Assembly: GCA_030429365.1 (NCBI GenBank) | Contig: JAUIEW010000003.1 | Location: 1-59,535, forward strand | Origin: Phycisphaerae bacterium | GTDB taxonomy: Bacteria > Planctomycetota > Phycisphaerae > UBA1845 | Direction of reading: 5' to 3' | Length of the DNA stretch: 59,535 bases | Shown here: positions 47,677-58,919 of the stretch, one piece after another | Layout: every line of letters starts with the position of its first letter | Position numbering within the stretch: position 1 is the first letter of the stretch | Position numbers and translations under genes: made by a program | Notes under the pieces: model-generated | What the model was told of the DNA's origin: nothing | What the model saw: the letters and a program-made list of their open reading frames with translations, nothing else | The model's database searches: none

Positions 47677-50600
47677 TTACTCTGATTTGGACGTTTCGAC
47701 GACTGCACCGACAACGTCGGCCAACTTCGGCTCACCGCCGTTCTTCGCAGCGTTCAGTTTGGCCTTGACCGCCTCGGCGGTTCGCCGGTCCGCACCGGTT
47801 GATGGCGGATGGTCGATCCTTTTCTGGACGAGTTTGAGCCCCTCGGTCCAAGTCGCGACGGCCGCTTCCTTCTCACCCAATTGCCACAGGGTATCTCCCA
47901 GGTGGTCGTAAATCACCGGGTCTCGCCCTTCGAGTCCGTTTCGAGCCAGCGTCAACCAACGCTTCGCCTCAGCGAACTGCCCTTTCTTGTAAAGGACCCA
48001 GCCTAGACTGTCCAGATACGCGCTGTTTCTGGGCGATTCGCCGACGGCGACCCTGATCAGCTTCTCAGCCCGATCCAGTTCCACGCCCATGTCAGCCAGC
48101 GTATACCCAAAATCGTTGTGCAACCCGACGTTTGTCGGGTCGCGTTTGAAATAACTGTCAAGAGCCTGACGGGCGCTGTCGAACTCGCCGATTTCCTGGT
48201 AGGCGACCGAGAGCAGGCTCAAGCATAGAAACTCGGTTCCTCGCTGTCCTGCATCGCGGGCTTGCCTGGCCCATTCCTTAAGTCGCTCGACGGCTTCTTC
48301 CGCCCGACCGCCATTGATCATCACCTGTACCAAGAATTGCTTTAAGTAGGCATCCAGGTCGGGATTTCTTGCAGCTTCTTCGGCGCGGTCGGCCATCATC
48401 CCCTCGATGACATCGATGGCGTCATCAACTTGTCCAGTCGCTTCATAAATCAACTGCAATTCCTGGAGGTACTGCCCCTTGAACACACCGTCCACCGCAC
48501 TGTTCTTGGCGAGGGCCAGCGCTTCATCATATTGCTTGGTGACTCTCAGGAATCCAATCAGACACGTGTGCAATTGATCGTTCTGCGGATCGGTATTGAC
48601 GGCATCGAGCAGGAGTTCGAGAACTTCGCTGCGCTGTTCGGGCAGTAGGTCCTGCCAGACATCGGTCAGGTCATCACGTGCATACCCTCCGTGAATATCC
48701 GTCTTCCACCTGCGGATCAGTTCCATTGCGCGACTGTGGTTTCCATAATCCTGAAACGCTTTAATCACGTAGTGGAGGACGACTGGATTGTCGCTTTCCT
48801 TATGCCGCCACATCTCCATTTCCTTCATCGCCTCGGTGTCTTTCCCAAGCGCACGATACGCGGAGATGATTTCGAACCGGGCCTGCAGAATGAAATTGGG
48901 ATTCGCGTCCGGTTCCGCAATCAACTGCTGGGCATATTTGATTGCCTCTTCAAACTGTTGGTCAGTCAATAGCAACTCAAGCAAGTTTCGCTTCCACACG
49001 CGACGATGCGGGTGACGCTCCAACAAGGCATTCTGCAATGCCAACGCCTTATCGAATTCAAGGGTCCGCGTGCGACATTCCAGCAACATGCCCAGCGCCT
49101 CAACGTTGCCGGCGTCCAACGCCAGCGCCGCTTCGATCGCCTTGATTGCTTCGCCCCAGTCCGACTGCTGCATGTAAGACATGCCGATAAGCCGCAGCGT
49201 CTGCGCATCCGGTTTGGAGGCATCGATGGCCTCCTGAAGCGTCTTGCGGAATCGATCATAGTCGGGCGATCGCGCGTCGAACTCGAGGGCGGCGACGCAC
49301 TGCGCCACCACCGTTGGCGATGCCCGGTGAATCCGAAGCTTTTGAATCTGTTCAGCCGCCGCGCGTCGATCGCCTGTCTCCAAATGATTCAAACACAACT
49401 GGCTGCGGGCCTTTTCATTGAACGCGTCGATCCGAATGATCTTCTCCAGCTGTCGCCGTGCCGCAGTCGGATTACGCTGCGCCTCATACAGTTCGGCCAA
49501 CGCCAACATCGCTTCGATATTGCCACGGTGAAGCCGAACGGCGGACTCGAAATGCCCGATCGCGTTCTGCGGGTCGTCCAATCCCAGGCAGGCTTTCCCG
49601 GCAATAACCTCCAGTCGCGTGTCGCGGTCCAACTGGAATTGATCGGGCGTCGCGATCTCGATTGCCTTCTCCCATTTCCATCGATCCAGATAGATTTGTG
49701 CCAAGGAAACGCGCGCGGAGATGAAGGCAGGCCGATCGTCCAGCGATCGTTCGAGCCAGGTGCGACCGGCTTCGTCTTGATCAAACGCCAGTGCAACATT
49801 TCCCAATACGAACGCGGTCGCGAAATCCTGCGGTCTGGGGGCATCTCTCGGATCAGTACTGGTCAGTGCGGTTAGACCGGATTCTTTGTTGGCGGCTGCG
49901 TGATTTTGAATCCATTCGACAATATCGGTCGCTGCCTCCGGATGCCGGCGAACGGTGTCGGCCATCGCTTCGACCGCTGCATCCCAGGCCTTCGCCGCCA
50001 GAAACACCTCGACCGCGGCCTTCATCGTCTCAACGGTTGGCGATGGCTTGGTGAGTTGATCCTTCATCAACCGAACGGCTTCATCGCGGCGATCAAACTC
50101 GATCAGCGCGCCAGCATAAGCGGCGACCACCTTGGGGCTGGTATCTCCCGCTTGTATCGCAGATTCGAATTCCTCAACGATCGCGTCGGGTCGATTCTGA
50201 TGCTTGTAAATCGCCATCAACACGTCGATGGCCGCTGGCTGGCTCGTCAGCGCCGCCTGGGCATATTTCGTCGCCGCGTCCATCTCGCCGGTTCGGGCCA
50301 GCAACTTGGCAAACGCCAACTGCTCATCCGCAGGCGGACCGTTCTCACCATAATTGTCGCGAAGCAGACTGGCGGCCTGCTCGTATTCGCCAAGTTGCTC
50401 GTGCGCCCAAGCCGCCCGCTTCCAAAGCTGAGAACTGGCCAACTCCAACTTCTTGGCCCAACCCGGAACAGCCGCACTGTTGGTGTCATTGAGTTCAGCC
50501 ATCTCGCTGAGGACCTTGTACAAATCGAGGGCGGCAGTGATATGTCCGCTCGCTAGAAGGGCTTCGAATAGCTCCAGGCTCGCAAGTCGTTTGAAGTACT

Positions 50601-51147
50601 GCGTATCATCATCGGTCGAACATTTCAGCGCTTTGCGGTATTCGAGGATCGCGGTTTCGCTCTCAAATCGGCTCGCGGCCAACCGACCGAGAATGTAGTG
50701 ACAGGTAATGTCATCTTCGCTCGCATCGAGCACGATCTTGATGTGCGAACGGGCCCGCTGCTGTCCGCCCGATTGCCAAGCCGTCAGCGCCAACGCGCGG
50801 TGTACTCGGCGATCGCCCGGCGTGATGCGCTGGGCCTTTTCGAGTTCGATCATCGCTTCCGTAAAACGACTGTCGTCGCGAAGTGTCGCTGCCCGGTCGA
50901 GTGCCCGCTTGACGCGATCCGCAAGTGGTTCGGCAACCGAATCCCCATCAGGCTCAATGGTGATTGACGGCTCTAGTTCGTCAAAATGAACATGCGCTTT
51001 TGGCTCGTCAAGCACTGGGGCAGTATCGCCAAAAATGTCTGCAGAAGAATTGGGGGCAGCAGCCCAAACCGTCGCGGAGAACACAACCGGATTCGCCAAG
51101 AGTATGAACGTCACCGCGAATGCCCTGACTCGACCGTCTCTCAACAT
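47677..51147 (-). CDS. Large exported TPR protein
   Basis: AGGAG RBS, signal peptide, many TPRs, C-terminal NDFGYTLAD..AYLDSLGWVLYKKG..DHLGD. Confidence 0.88.
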   Translation of the reverse strand: MLRDGRVRAFAVTFILLANPVVFSATVWAAAPNSSADIFGDTAPVLDEPKAHVHFDELEPSITIEPDGDSVAEPLADRVKRALDRAATLRDDSRFTEAMIELEKAQRITPGDRRVHRALALTAWQSGGQQRARSHIKIVLDASEDDITCHYILGRLAASRFESETAILEYRKALKCSTDDDTQYFKRLASLELFEALLASGHITAALDLYKVLSEMAELNDTNSAAVPGWAKKLELASSQLWKRAAWAHEQLGEYEQAASLLRDNYGENGPPADEQLAFAKLLARTGEMDAATKYAQAALTSQPAAIDVLMAIYKHQNRPDAIVEEFESAIQAGDTSPKVVAAYAGALIEFDRRDEAVRLMKDQLTKPSPTVETMKAAVEVFLAAKAWDAAVEAMADTVRRHPEAATDIVEWIQNHAAANKESGLTALTSTDPRDAPRPQDFATAFVLGNVALAFDQDEAGRTWLERSLDDRPAFISARVSLAQIYLDRWKWEKAIEIATPDQFQLDRDTRLEVIAGKACLGLDDPQNAIGHFESAVRLHRGNIEAMLALAELYEAQRNPTAARRQLEKIIRIDAFNEKARSQLCLNHLETGDRRAAAEQIQKLRIHRASPTVVAQCVAALEFDARSPDYDRFRKTLQEAIDASKPDAQTLRLIGMSYMQQSDWGEAIKAIEAALALDAGNVEALGMLLECRTRTLEFDKALALQNALLERHPHRRVWKRNLLELLLTDQQFEEAIKYAQQLIAEPDANPNFILQARFEIISAYRALGKDTEAMKEMEMWRHKESDNPVVLHYVIKAFQDYGNHSRAMELIRRWKTDIHGGYARDDLTDVWQDLLPEQRSEVLELLLDAVNTDPQNDQLHTCLIGFLRVTKQYDEALALAKNSAVDGVFKGQYLQELQLIYEATGQVDDAIDVIEGMMADRAEEAARNPDLDAYLKQFLVQVMINGGRAEEAVERLKEWARQARDAGQRGTEFLCLSLLSVAYQEIGEFDSARQALDSYFKRDPTNVGLHNDFGYTLADMGVELDRAEKLIRVAVGESPRNSAYLDSLGWVLYKKGQFAEAKRWLTLARNGLEGRDPVIYDHLGDTLWQLGEKEAAVATWTEGLKLVQKRIDHPPSTGADRRTAEAVKAKLNAAKNGGEPKLADVVGAVVETSKSE

Positions 51148-51315
51148 ACCGTCACTCCTTGCGACACATGGCTCATGGCCGGCACTGGGCCCATCGCGAC
51201 CGCCTCCTGTGGCGAACGCGGGCAAGCCGACCAAGATGATCGCCCATCGGGATTTAATGCCGCCGGACCGTAGAGACCAGCCCGGTGTGGTGTACGGAAT
51301 CGTCTGGGTTGGAAA

Positions 51316-52098
51316 CTACTTTTTGGAGGGCGACTTTTTCTTCTTCGTCTTGGCCTTGGCGCTGGTTTTCTTCTTGGCCGTACTCTTTTTCTTCGTCGTT
51401 TTGGCGGTGCCTGCTTTGCTGGAACTGGCCTTTTTCTTGGACGTCTTGGCGGATTTCGCCGATTTGGCGGCTTTGGCTTTGCCATTGAACGCAAACGACT
51501 TCGAACCGACGATCGCATCCAGGTCCATGCAGAATTCCTTGGCGTCGGCGGAACTCACGTGCCGTTCAAGAAACGACTGCACCTCAGCCCCGGTAGCATT
51601 CTCATCGACCAGGTCGTTTTCCTTGAGAAACTCCAGCGCGACATCGTTCACCGGAATGGCATGTCCGCCCAGACTCCACAGCATCACCGACGCCATCGCG
51701 TAGGGGGTCATCCCTTCCAGTTCCGAGAGGTACGACTTAACCTCGCGCACGCCCTTGGATGAAAGGTGGTCGAGCGAGATCGTGTATTCCAACTGGTACA
51801 CGGCGTTGAGCACCGTTAGCAGCGTCTTGGCCCGTTGCACGCTGCGCGGAATGTGTTTACCGATCGACGACGATACCTCCGCCGGCGTCGAGACGCGCAA
51901 TTCGTTGTAGTCCACCATGTCGTCAAGAATCTGCGACAGCGCTTTCTCGGCGCGCTCGAGCGATGTCTCCTGACTGAGCACGCCCAAAATCAACTGCTCG
52001 ACTGGTGGACGCACCTCCGGCGGCTCGCTCGTGCGCGATCCGCGAAACTTGTTGTACGCCTGTTTGATCTTCTTGGCATAGAGAGTCCCATTCTTCAT
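51316..52098 (-). CDS. Degenerate endonuclease III (HhH-GPD)-like protein with Lys/Ala-rich tail
   Basis: PVEQLILGVLSQET, DYNELRVS, LEGMTPY..AIPVN; C-terminal KAKAAKSAK..KKKK; ATGA overlap with rbfA. Confidence 0.75.
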   Translation of the reverse strand: MKNGTLYAKKIKQAYNKFRGSRTSEPPEVRPPVEQLILGVLSQETSLERAEKALSQILDDMVDYNELRVSTPAEVSSSIGKHIPRSVQRAKTLLTVLNAVYQLEYTISLDHLSSKGVREVKSYLSELEGMTPYAMASVMLWSLGGHAIPVNDVALEFLKENDLVDENATGAEVQSFLERHVSSADAKEFCMDLDAIVGSKSFAFNGKAKAAKSAKSAKTSKKKASSSKAGTAKTTKKKSTAKKKTSAKAKTKKKKSPSKK

Positions 52099-52607
52099 GG
52101 TTGGACTCCGTTACTAGGGTTTACTTCAACCGACTTTGCGCTATCTGTTTCTTTGTTGACGCCTGTTTCTTCGTTGGCCAACTCTGCCGTCGATGCCGTC
52201 TCGACATCGGTATTGGCCTCAAGCGATTCGCCTTTTAGAGATTCACCATCGGGCGGGCCCATTTCTGCCGCATTGTGATTGATGATCTCCATAATCTCCG
52301 CCGCTTTCTTGATCGAATGATCGCTGATAAACGTCAGATGCGGACAGATGCGGGCCGTCACGCCCTTGGCCACCGCGCGTTGGATCAGCCCCTGGGCGCT
52401 CTTGAGGCCACGCATCGTGCTGCGCTGTTCCTCTTCGCTGCCCATCACGCTGACGAAAACCTTCGCCATCTGCATGTCCGGTGTGACTTCGACGCGGGTG
52501 ATGCTGACGAACTTGCCAATGCGCGGATCGTGAACCTTGTTCGCGATCATGTCGCTGGTGATGGTTCTGATGAGGCTGGCCATCTTGTCTGTACGAAATG
52601 ATTTCAT
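52095..52607 (-). CDS. rbfA: 30S ribosome-binding factor A
   Basis: DPRI, ITRVEVTPDM..AKVFVS, PHLTFISD; downstream of infB. Confidence 0.95.
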   Translation of the reverse strand: MKSFRTDKMASLIRTITSDMIANKVHDPRIGKFVSITRVEVTPDMQMAKVFVSVMGSEEEQRSTMRGLKSAQGLIQRAVAKGVTARICPHLTFISDHSIKKAAEIMEIINHNAAEMGPPDGESLKGESLEANTDVETASTAELANEETGVNKETDSAKSVEVNPSNGVQP

Positions 52608-52685
52608 GGATGCTGGGTCAACTATTCTTCGCCACCGATCGTGCGACACCGCTTAACAATACTGCCTGGTATCGGATCAGACCCG

Positions 52686-52967
52686 CTAAAGAATTTCCTT
52701 TTCAAACGACAACAGTGACGCAACCGAGTCCTTCTCGACCATCCCGACGATTTGATCAAAACACCCGTGAACCAACTTGGCATCGTTTGACACCATCGCC
52801 ACAGCCAACCCGGCCCGCTGGCGAAGTTCTTGATGTTCCACTTCGGAAACCGACACGTTAAACCGGTTGCGAATGCGCTCCTTCAGACTCTTTACGACGC
52901 GCCGCTTATCCTTCAGCGACTGCGCTTCATAGATGACCAACTCCAACGTTAGGACGCCCAAAACCAT
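52686..52967 (-). CDS. ylxP: DUF503 (YlxP) protein
   Basis: SLKDKRRVVKSL..RFNVSVSEV. Confidence 0.92.
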   Translation of the reverse strand: MVLGVLTLELVIYEAQSLKDKRRVVKSLKERIRNRFNVSVSEVEHQELRQRAGLAVAMVSNDAKLVHGCFDQIVGMVEKDSVASLLSFEKEIL

Positions 52968-53028
52968 GTTAGGTTGGATTCAAACAGCAGGACTGCGCCC
53001 CGATTCGGCCGCGCAGGAAACCTCGCCA

Positions 53029-54147
53029 TCACGGATTGATCCTCCGTGAGATCACCGCGCCCGTCGCAGGGTCGATGTAAAACAACCGATAGGTTCCGTC
53101 ATTGGGATTCTTGTAACTTGCGACTCCAATGCGCTCCAAGACATCCTCGACAAAAGACAGATCCGATCGGGGAACTTCATAGAAATCAAGCTCGCGCTGC
53201 GCCTCGACACTTTCAAAACCAAACTGCTTTTTGCGCGGCAGATACTTCATTGTGTCTTCGGGCGACAGCTTGCGCGGGAGAAATACCGCCGTCGTAGATT
53301 CCCAAGTCAGGCTGTCGACCTCGCATTCAAATACACGCACCAGATGCAAAGCCCCACGCAGCTTTTCCACCCGGGTCGCGACGCTACCGTCCGGAATGAA
53401 ATAATCACGAATGGCCTTATCTTTGTCGCCTTCGTTACGCTCAATCTTGCGGCGCAAGTCTTCGTACTCGGGAAGTTTCATCAATTCGGCGTCGTTGATC
53501 CGGATGGCCACCGCGATCGTGTGTTTGCCCGGGTTCAACCGAAGCGCGCGATTCGTGCGGATATTCTTGTTGGCCATCGGGTCTTCCAGAATCGACCCCG
53601 TCACCGACGTCTTCGGCAGGTGATAGATCCCCGCGCCGGATGGCACGCTGCTGACGTACACGCCTTCCTGCTGCGAACTTAAAGACTCCGCCAACAACCC
53701 CTTTCGCGTTCGAGGTGCGGACGGCGTGTTTCCACCGGAATTCGGACGCTCCACCTGCTGCGGCGGTTTCTGCTCGGGCTCTCCACCAACCAATTTGTGG
53801 TACAGGCCCGGCACGTATTTGATCCCCACAAACACGAGAATGATGATGACCGCCACATAGGTCATCTTCATCGCGATATCGAACGGATCAAACGCGTTCG
53901 CAGGCTTACCCGCTGCGATGCGCTTTTCCTGTCGCGCTTTGGCTTTATGGAACTTCTGGCCAACCCGGGTCGCCTGGGCATCGTACGAACCTGTCTGCTC
54001 GACCTGGTCGAACAGGACATCAAGGTCGTCTTGCGCCTGACGCGTCACCAACGCTTCCTTGCCACAATACGAGCACCGGACAATTTTCCCGGAATCCTCA
54101 TCCCTGGCTCGAATGGTGTGGCCACATTCGCCTTTGAATTCGATCAT
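53029..54147 (-). CDS. Membrane-anchored hypothetical protein with N-terminal zinc-ribbon-like motif and PEGA-like segment
   Basis: MIEFKGECGH..CSYCG, one TM helix, VYVSSVPSGA..LNPGKHTIAV. Confidence 0.7.
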   Translation of the reverse strand: MIEFKGECGHTIRARDEDSGKIVRCSYCGKEALVTRQAQDDLDVLFDQVEQTGSYDAQATRVGQKFHKAKARQEKRIAAGKPANAFDPFDIAMKMTYVAVIIILVFVGIKYVPGLYHKLVGGEPEQKPPQQVERPNSGGNTPSAPRTRKGLLAESLSSQQEGVYVSSVPSGAGIYHLPKTSVTGSILEDPMANKNIRTNRALRLNPGKHTIAVAIRINDAELMKLPEYEDLRRKIERNEGDKDKAIRDYFIPDGSVATRVEKLRGALHLVRVFECEVDSLTWESTTAVFLPRKLSPEDTMKYLPRKKQFGFESVEAQRELDFYEVPRSDLSFVEDVLERIGVASYKNPNDGTYRLFYIDPATGAVISRRINP

Positions 54148-54309
54148 GCGATCATCATAGCCCGAAAATTATTTGGTACACTAGTTTTTCAGCATACTGA
54201 CGTGTCGCTGGCATACCGTCGCATGACGACACAGTTTCAAATCTTTATACCATCGATTCACCCGACGTGTTCACACCAGTCCGCGATTCCACTGCCGATT
54301 GGCCCATTT

Positions 54310-57138
54310 CTACGAATCGGCTCCTGCGGCGGCTGCGGCATCTTCGAGAGTTCGGGCAATCTTGATAACCTCGTAGGTCTCGATGGTGTCACCGGCTTTG
54401 ATGTCGTCGAAGCCCTGAAGGCGGATACCGCACTCCATCCCGTTTCGGACTTCCTTGGCGTCGTCCTTGAAGCGGCGGAGCGATTCAAACTTGCAATTGT
54501 CGCGAACCAAGACACCGTCGCGAATGACGCGGGCCAGATGCTTGTTGTTAATCACACCTTCGCGAACGTAGCTACCCGCGACCAGGCCCAACTTCGAGAT
54601 ACGGAACATCTCCCGAACCTCAGCCGACCCGCGCATCTCAATCTTCTCATCGGGTGTGAGCAGACCCTCGAGCGCCTTCTTGATGTCATCTGTGACGTCA
54701 TAGATGACCTTGTAGTTTCGGATGTCGACGTTTTTCTGTTCGGCCAGCTTGCGGGTGCTGGATGGGACCGTCACCCGATACGCAATAATGATTGCGTTGG
54801 AAGCGTCAGCCAGGTGGATGTCGCTGTCGGTGATTGACCCGATTCCGGCATGGAGCACATTCAAGCGGACTTCATTGTCCGGGAATTGCTGGAGCGTTTG
54901 CACCAATACATCCACCGAACCGTCCACGTCTGCTTTGACGATGACGGGAAGTTCCTGAACATCGGCCCCGCTTCGCATCTTGACCAGGTCTTCGAGGCTG
55001 CGGGCTTTTTTCACCGATGACCGCGCGTCGCTGACCCGCTGGCTCTTCACTTCTTCCGCCACCAGCTTGGCCCGCTGCATGTTCTCGACGACGTAGAACT
55101 CATCGCCCGCCGAGGGAACTTCGCTCATGCCCCAAAGCTCAACCGGCATCGACGGACCCGCCGACTTGACCGACTTACCGCGATCGTCGCGAATCGAGCG
55201 AACCTTACCGTACGCATTACCGCAAACGACGACGTGTCCAACTTTGACCGTCCCGTCGCGGACGATCACCTGCATGACCGGACCAGCCCCCTGGCGATTC
55301 TCGGCTTCGATGACGACACCGGTCGCGGGGATGGTCTTGTCGGCTTTGTATTCGTGCAGATCGGCGAGCGTCGAAAGGTGATCCAACAACTCATCGACAC
55401 CTTCGCCTGTGGTCGCAGACGTATGCACCACGTCGATCTCACCGCCCCAGTCGCCAGCCGGCGTGAGGCCATGTTCGGTAAGCTGCGTGTAGATCTTCGT
55501 GACGTTTTGCGTACCGAGGTCGATCTTGTTGAGCGCGACAACAATCGGCACTTCAGCCGCTTTGGCGTGGTTAATCGCCTCAACCGTCTGTGGCATGATG
55601 CCGTCGTCCGCTGCAACGACCAGCACGACAACGTCCGTCACCTGCGCACCGCGGGCCCGCATCGCCGTGAATGCCTCGTGCCCCGGCGTGTCCAGGAACG
55701 TCACCGACGTATCACCCACGTTGTAGTGATACGAACTGATGTGCTGCGTAATACCGCCATCTTCGCCGGCGGCTACACGTGCCTTGCGGATTCGATCCAG
55801 CAAACTCGTCTTGCCGTGGTCCACGTGTCCCAGGATCGTCACGATCGGCGGGCGGCGATCGAGTTTCTTGCGCTTGATCGCGTCGTGCTCTTCTTTGACC
55901 TTTTCCATTCCGGTCTTCGCTTTGACGATGGTCACATCGACACCGAGTTCGGTCGCCACCAACTCAGCCACTTCCGTCGGAATGACGCTCATCACCGACA
56001 GCATCAACCCGTGTTCCTTTTGGAAGATTGGGAACAAACGCTGGAACGGAACACCCAGAGCCGCGCAGAACTGCTTCACCGTGATCGGTTCTTCCAATTG
56101 AGCTTCGGTGATTGGCGCTGCGTCGACCCTGCCGCCACCGCCGCCCTTGCTGCGGGCGCGGCGCGAAACAAGTCGTCGGCCAGTCGCACCACGCAACCGC
56201 GCGCGGCGCTCGGCCAGATCCTGATTGTTCCATTCGTTGAGCCGCTCACCGACTTCGCGCTCGTGAAGGCTTTCGCGACGACCGGAAAGCTTGCGGTTGC
56301 TCGATTTCTGCTCGACGGCTTTTCCGCCACGCCGCTTACCACCCCGATCCGATGGGCCAGGTGCATCACCCGGCATAGCGACATCGGCGCCTCGGGCCGC
56401 CGCCCGGTCGGAATCCGACGGCTTGGATCGACGGGGTCCGCGTCTCGGGATCGTGTACTCTTCGGGCGCTTCGTACCGCACAACGCGCGGGCCGGAAAGC
56501 TTCGCCGGAGCAGGAACGTTCTGCGGACCTGCCGGCTGAACCGCCTCTTCGGGCTCTTCAGGCGCCTCTTCAACCGGCGCTTCCACCGCTGGAGGCGTAA
56601 CCGCCGGCGCCTCGGCTGCGATGTCCATCGCGCCCTGTTGTGGTTCGGCAACTTCAGCGGCATCTGATTGGACGTCCGCAGCATCTGCTCGCGGCTCAAC
56701 GACATCCGTCGCAGTCGTCGAAACCGGCTCGGCCGACTTCGTCACGGTCTTGGGAGTACTTACCGATTTCTTAGCCTTCGGTTTCTTCGCAGTCGTCGCT
56801 TCCGATTTGGACTCGGCGATTGACTCGGGAGCGTCAAGTTCTGCGACGGCGGTTCCGGTTTCCGAATCCTTGCCCGCGGTGGTCTTGGAAGACTTGGCCT
56901 TGGTCTTCTTCTTGACCTTGCTTCGCGCCTTCTTGAGATCCACCTTCGCCGTCTTTTCGACGACATGAATGTGCGCACCTTCGCTGAACCACTCGCGCAC
57001 CGTGGCCTCCAAACCGGGCCCAAGCGTCGACATGTGATTCTTCAAGTCGATCTCTTCGGCGCGGCACTTGGCAAGGATGTCTTTACTCGTGACGTTCAAT
57101 TCCTTCGCGAGAATGTGAACGCGCATTTTTTCAGCCAA
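54310..57138 (-). CDS. infB: Translation initiation factor IF-2
   Basis: [43 protein letters not shown]. Confidence 0.98.
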   Translation of the reverse strand: MAEKMRVHILAKELNVTSKDILAKCRAEEIDLKNHMSTLGPGLEATVREWFSEGAHIHVVEKTAKVDLKKARSKVKKKTKAKSSKTTAGKDSETGTAVAELDAPESIAESKSEATTAKKPKAKKSVSTPKTVTKSAEPVSTTATDVVEPRADAADVQSDAAEVAEPQQGAMDIAAEAPAVTPPAVEAPVEEAPEEPEEAVQPAGPQNVPAPAKLSGPRVVRYEAPEEYTIPRRGPRRSKPSDSDRAAARGADVAMPGDAPGPSDRGGKRRGGKAVEQKSSNRKLSGRRESLHEREVGERLNEWNNQDLAERRARLRGATGRRLVSRRARSKGGGGGRVDAAPITEAQLEEPITVKQFCAALGVPFQRLFPIFQKEHGLMLSVMSVIPTEVAELVATELGVDVTIVKAKTGMEKVKEEHDAIKRKKLDRRPPIVTILGHVDHGKTSLLDRIRKARVAAGEDGGITQHISSYHYNVGDTSVTFLDTPGHEAFTAMRARGAQVTDVVVLVVAADDGIMPQTVEAINHAKAAEVPIVVALNKIDLGTQNVTKIYTQLTEHGLTPAGDWGGEIDVVHTSATTGEGVDELLDHLSTLADLHEYKADKTIPATGVVIEAENRQGAGPVMQVIVRDGTVKVGHVVVCGNAYGKVRSIRDDRGKSVKSAGPSMPVELWGMSEVPSAGDEFYVVENMQRAKLVAEEVKSQRVSDARSSVKKARSLEDLVKMRSGADVQELPVIVKADVDGSVDVLVQTLQQFPDNEVRLNVLHAGIGSITDSDIHLADASNAIIIAYRVTVPSSTRKLAEQKNVDIRNYKVIYDVTDDIKKALEGLLTPDEKIEMRGSAEVREMFRISKLGLVAGSYVREGVINNKHLARVIRDGVLVRDNCKFESLRRFKDDAKEVRNGMECGIRLQGFDDIKAGDTIETYEVIKIARTLEDAAAAAGADS

Positions 57139-57208
57139 AACACTTCTCCATCAGACCCATTATCAACCGGAGACCGACCCATACGGCAATCAACCGGGTG
57201 CGATTCTC

Positions 57209-58597
57209 TTATTCAGTTCGTTCAGCGACCGACTCTTCGTCCGCCGACGCTTCACTTTCAGACTTTTCTTCAACCGCGACGCTTGAAGTCGGAACTTCGC
57301 CAGCCGCCAAACTGTCGGCTGAATCCACAGCCGCCGCCTGACTGTCAATTGCGGCGACAGATTCGTCCGCGCTCTCCGAGGCAGTCTCGCCCGACAGCGC
57401 CCGTTCCGCTTCCTCAGCCGCAGCCAACTCTTTGGCGGCTTGGTCTTCAGCCGCGAAACGTTCGGCAGCTTTCTTCGCCGACTCGACCACGACCTTGGCC
57501 AACTCCTCTTCGAGTTCCAATTCGCTGACCAGCGGCTCGACACCAACCTCTTCAATGTCTGCAAGGTTGATGATGCCCATCGCCAAAAACTTCTCGATGA
57601 GGATGTCGTCCACACCTTCGATCTCGCGAAGGGCGGTGCTCATCTGGTCGATGCCCTTGTCGTAGTCACCCGGCGTGACGATGTCGATATCCCAACCCGT
57701 CAAGCGGGCAGCCAATCGAACGTTTTGACCGCGTTTACCGATCGCTAGCGACAACTGATCTTCTGCAACAACCACCGACGCGCGTCCCATTTCAAAACAG
57801 AGCGCCGTCTCCTGCACCTCTGCCGGCTTGAGCGCGTTGGCGATCAACACCTGCGACGATTCGTTCCAACGCACGATGTCGATCTTCTCGCCGTTGAGTT
57901 CGTCAACGATGTTGCGAATACGACTGCCGCGAACACCGACGCAAGCGCCGACGGCATCGACCTTTGAATCGATCGAGGCAACCGCGACTTTCGTGCGGTA
58001 CCCTGCTTCTCGCGCCAGCGCCTTAATCTCGATGATGCGTTCGCCCACTTCGGGCACTTCAAGATCAAACAGGCGGCGGATGTAATCCGGATGGGTTCGC
58101 GTCAAGACGATGCGCACCTCGTGCGGCTGCTCGCGCACGTCGAGGATCATGCCGCGGACACGCTCACCGGGATGATGCGTTTCACCGGGAATCTGTTCGC
58201 TGCGGGGCAGAAAACCTTCGGTCCGTCCGAGGTGCAGCACGAGCGCTCCACCTTCGTAGCGGGCGACGGTCCCCGTGATGATCTGACCAACACGCTCCGA
58301 GAATTCTTCGAACAGACTGTCGCGCTCGGCTTCGCGAAACTTTTGAATCATCACCTGCTTGGCCGTCTGGGCGGCGATACGCCCCAACTCTTTCATGCTG
58401 ATGGGTTCATCGTCGCGGGTGGCATTGATTTCGCCGGTGGTCCGATCGATTCGGACGACGACGTCATTGGCGGCGCCGTACGCTTTGCGGGCCGCAGACA
58501 ACATCGCCATCTCGAGATCTTCAAACACCATCTGCTTGTCGATGTTCTTTTCGCGACTGATGTGCTCGACAACCTTGAGCAGGTCCTGATTGATCAT
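57209..58597 (-). CDS. nusA: Transcription termination/antitermination factor NusA
   Basis: GRIAAQTAKQ, AREAGYRTK, GACVGVRGSR, SLAIGKRGQNVRLA. Confidence 0.98.
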   Translation of the reverse strand: MINQDLLKVVEHISREKNIDKQMVFEDLEMAMLSAARKAYGAANDVVVRIDRTTGEINATRDDEPISMKELGRIAAQTAKQVMIQKFREAERDSLFEEFSERVGQIITGTVARYEGGALVLHLGRTEGFLPRSEQIPGETHHPGERVRGMILDVREQPHEVRIVLTRTHPDYIRRLFDLEVPEVGERIIEIKALAREAGYRTKVAVASIDSKVDAVGACVGVRGSRIRNIVDELNGEKIDIVRWNESSQVLIANALKPAEVQETALCFEMGRASVVVAEDQLSLAIGKRGQNVRLAARLTGWDIDIVTPGDYDKGIDQMSTALREIEGVDDILIEKFLAMGIINLADIEEVGVEPLVSELELEEELAKVVVESAKKAAERFAAEDQAAKELAAAEEAERALSGETASESADESVAAIDSQAAAVDSADSLAAGEVPTSSVAVEEKSESEASADEESVAERTE

Positions 58598-58729
58598 GAC
58601 ATTGACACCTTGTTCTGTTTCATCGTTGCACGGAATACCGGCGTCCATGCGCGCCCGAAATACCTAATTGCCTTAAAACACAGGGCCAAACGACGCCCCA
58701 TTGACTCAAACAAGCCCTTCGCCCGGTAC

Positions 58730-58770
58730 AAAAAACAAAAAAGCGGGCGCTAGAGGCAAACCCACTTTCG
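58730..58770 (-). promoter_or_regulatory. rimP/nusA-leader-type attenuator hairpin
   Basis: Minus strand GAAAGTGGG-tttgcctctagcg-CCCGCTTTTTTGTTTTTT upstream of nusA. Confidence 0.7.
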
Positions 58771-58919
58771 AACCGACACGAACCCAATATGGCAAGTGAT
58801 TGCCCTATCGCATCGTTCGAACTCCACGCAGGCCTGAACTTTTTCTATCAGCGCATCCAACCAATTGCTTCGCAACTGCGTATTCGGGGCAAGCCAATGC
58901 CACAAACAGGATGGTCGGA

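Noticed and set aside
51035-51703. 222-aa hydrophobic ORF resembling a membrane protein
   Set aside because: Antisense shadow of the Lys-rich tail (AAG/AAA read as CTT/TTT)
53797-56667. Long plus-strand ORFs (346 aa and 477 aa)
   Set aside because: Antisense shadows of infB and its neighbour, common in high-GC DNA
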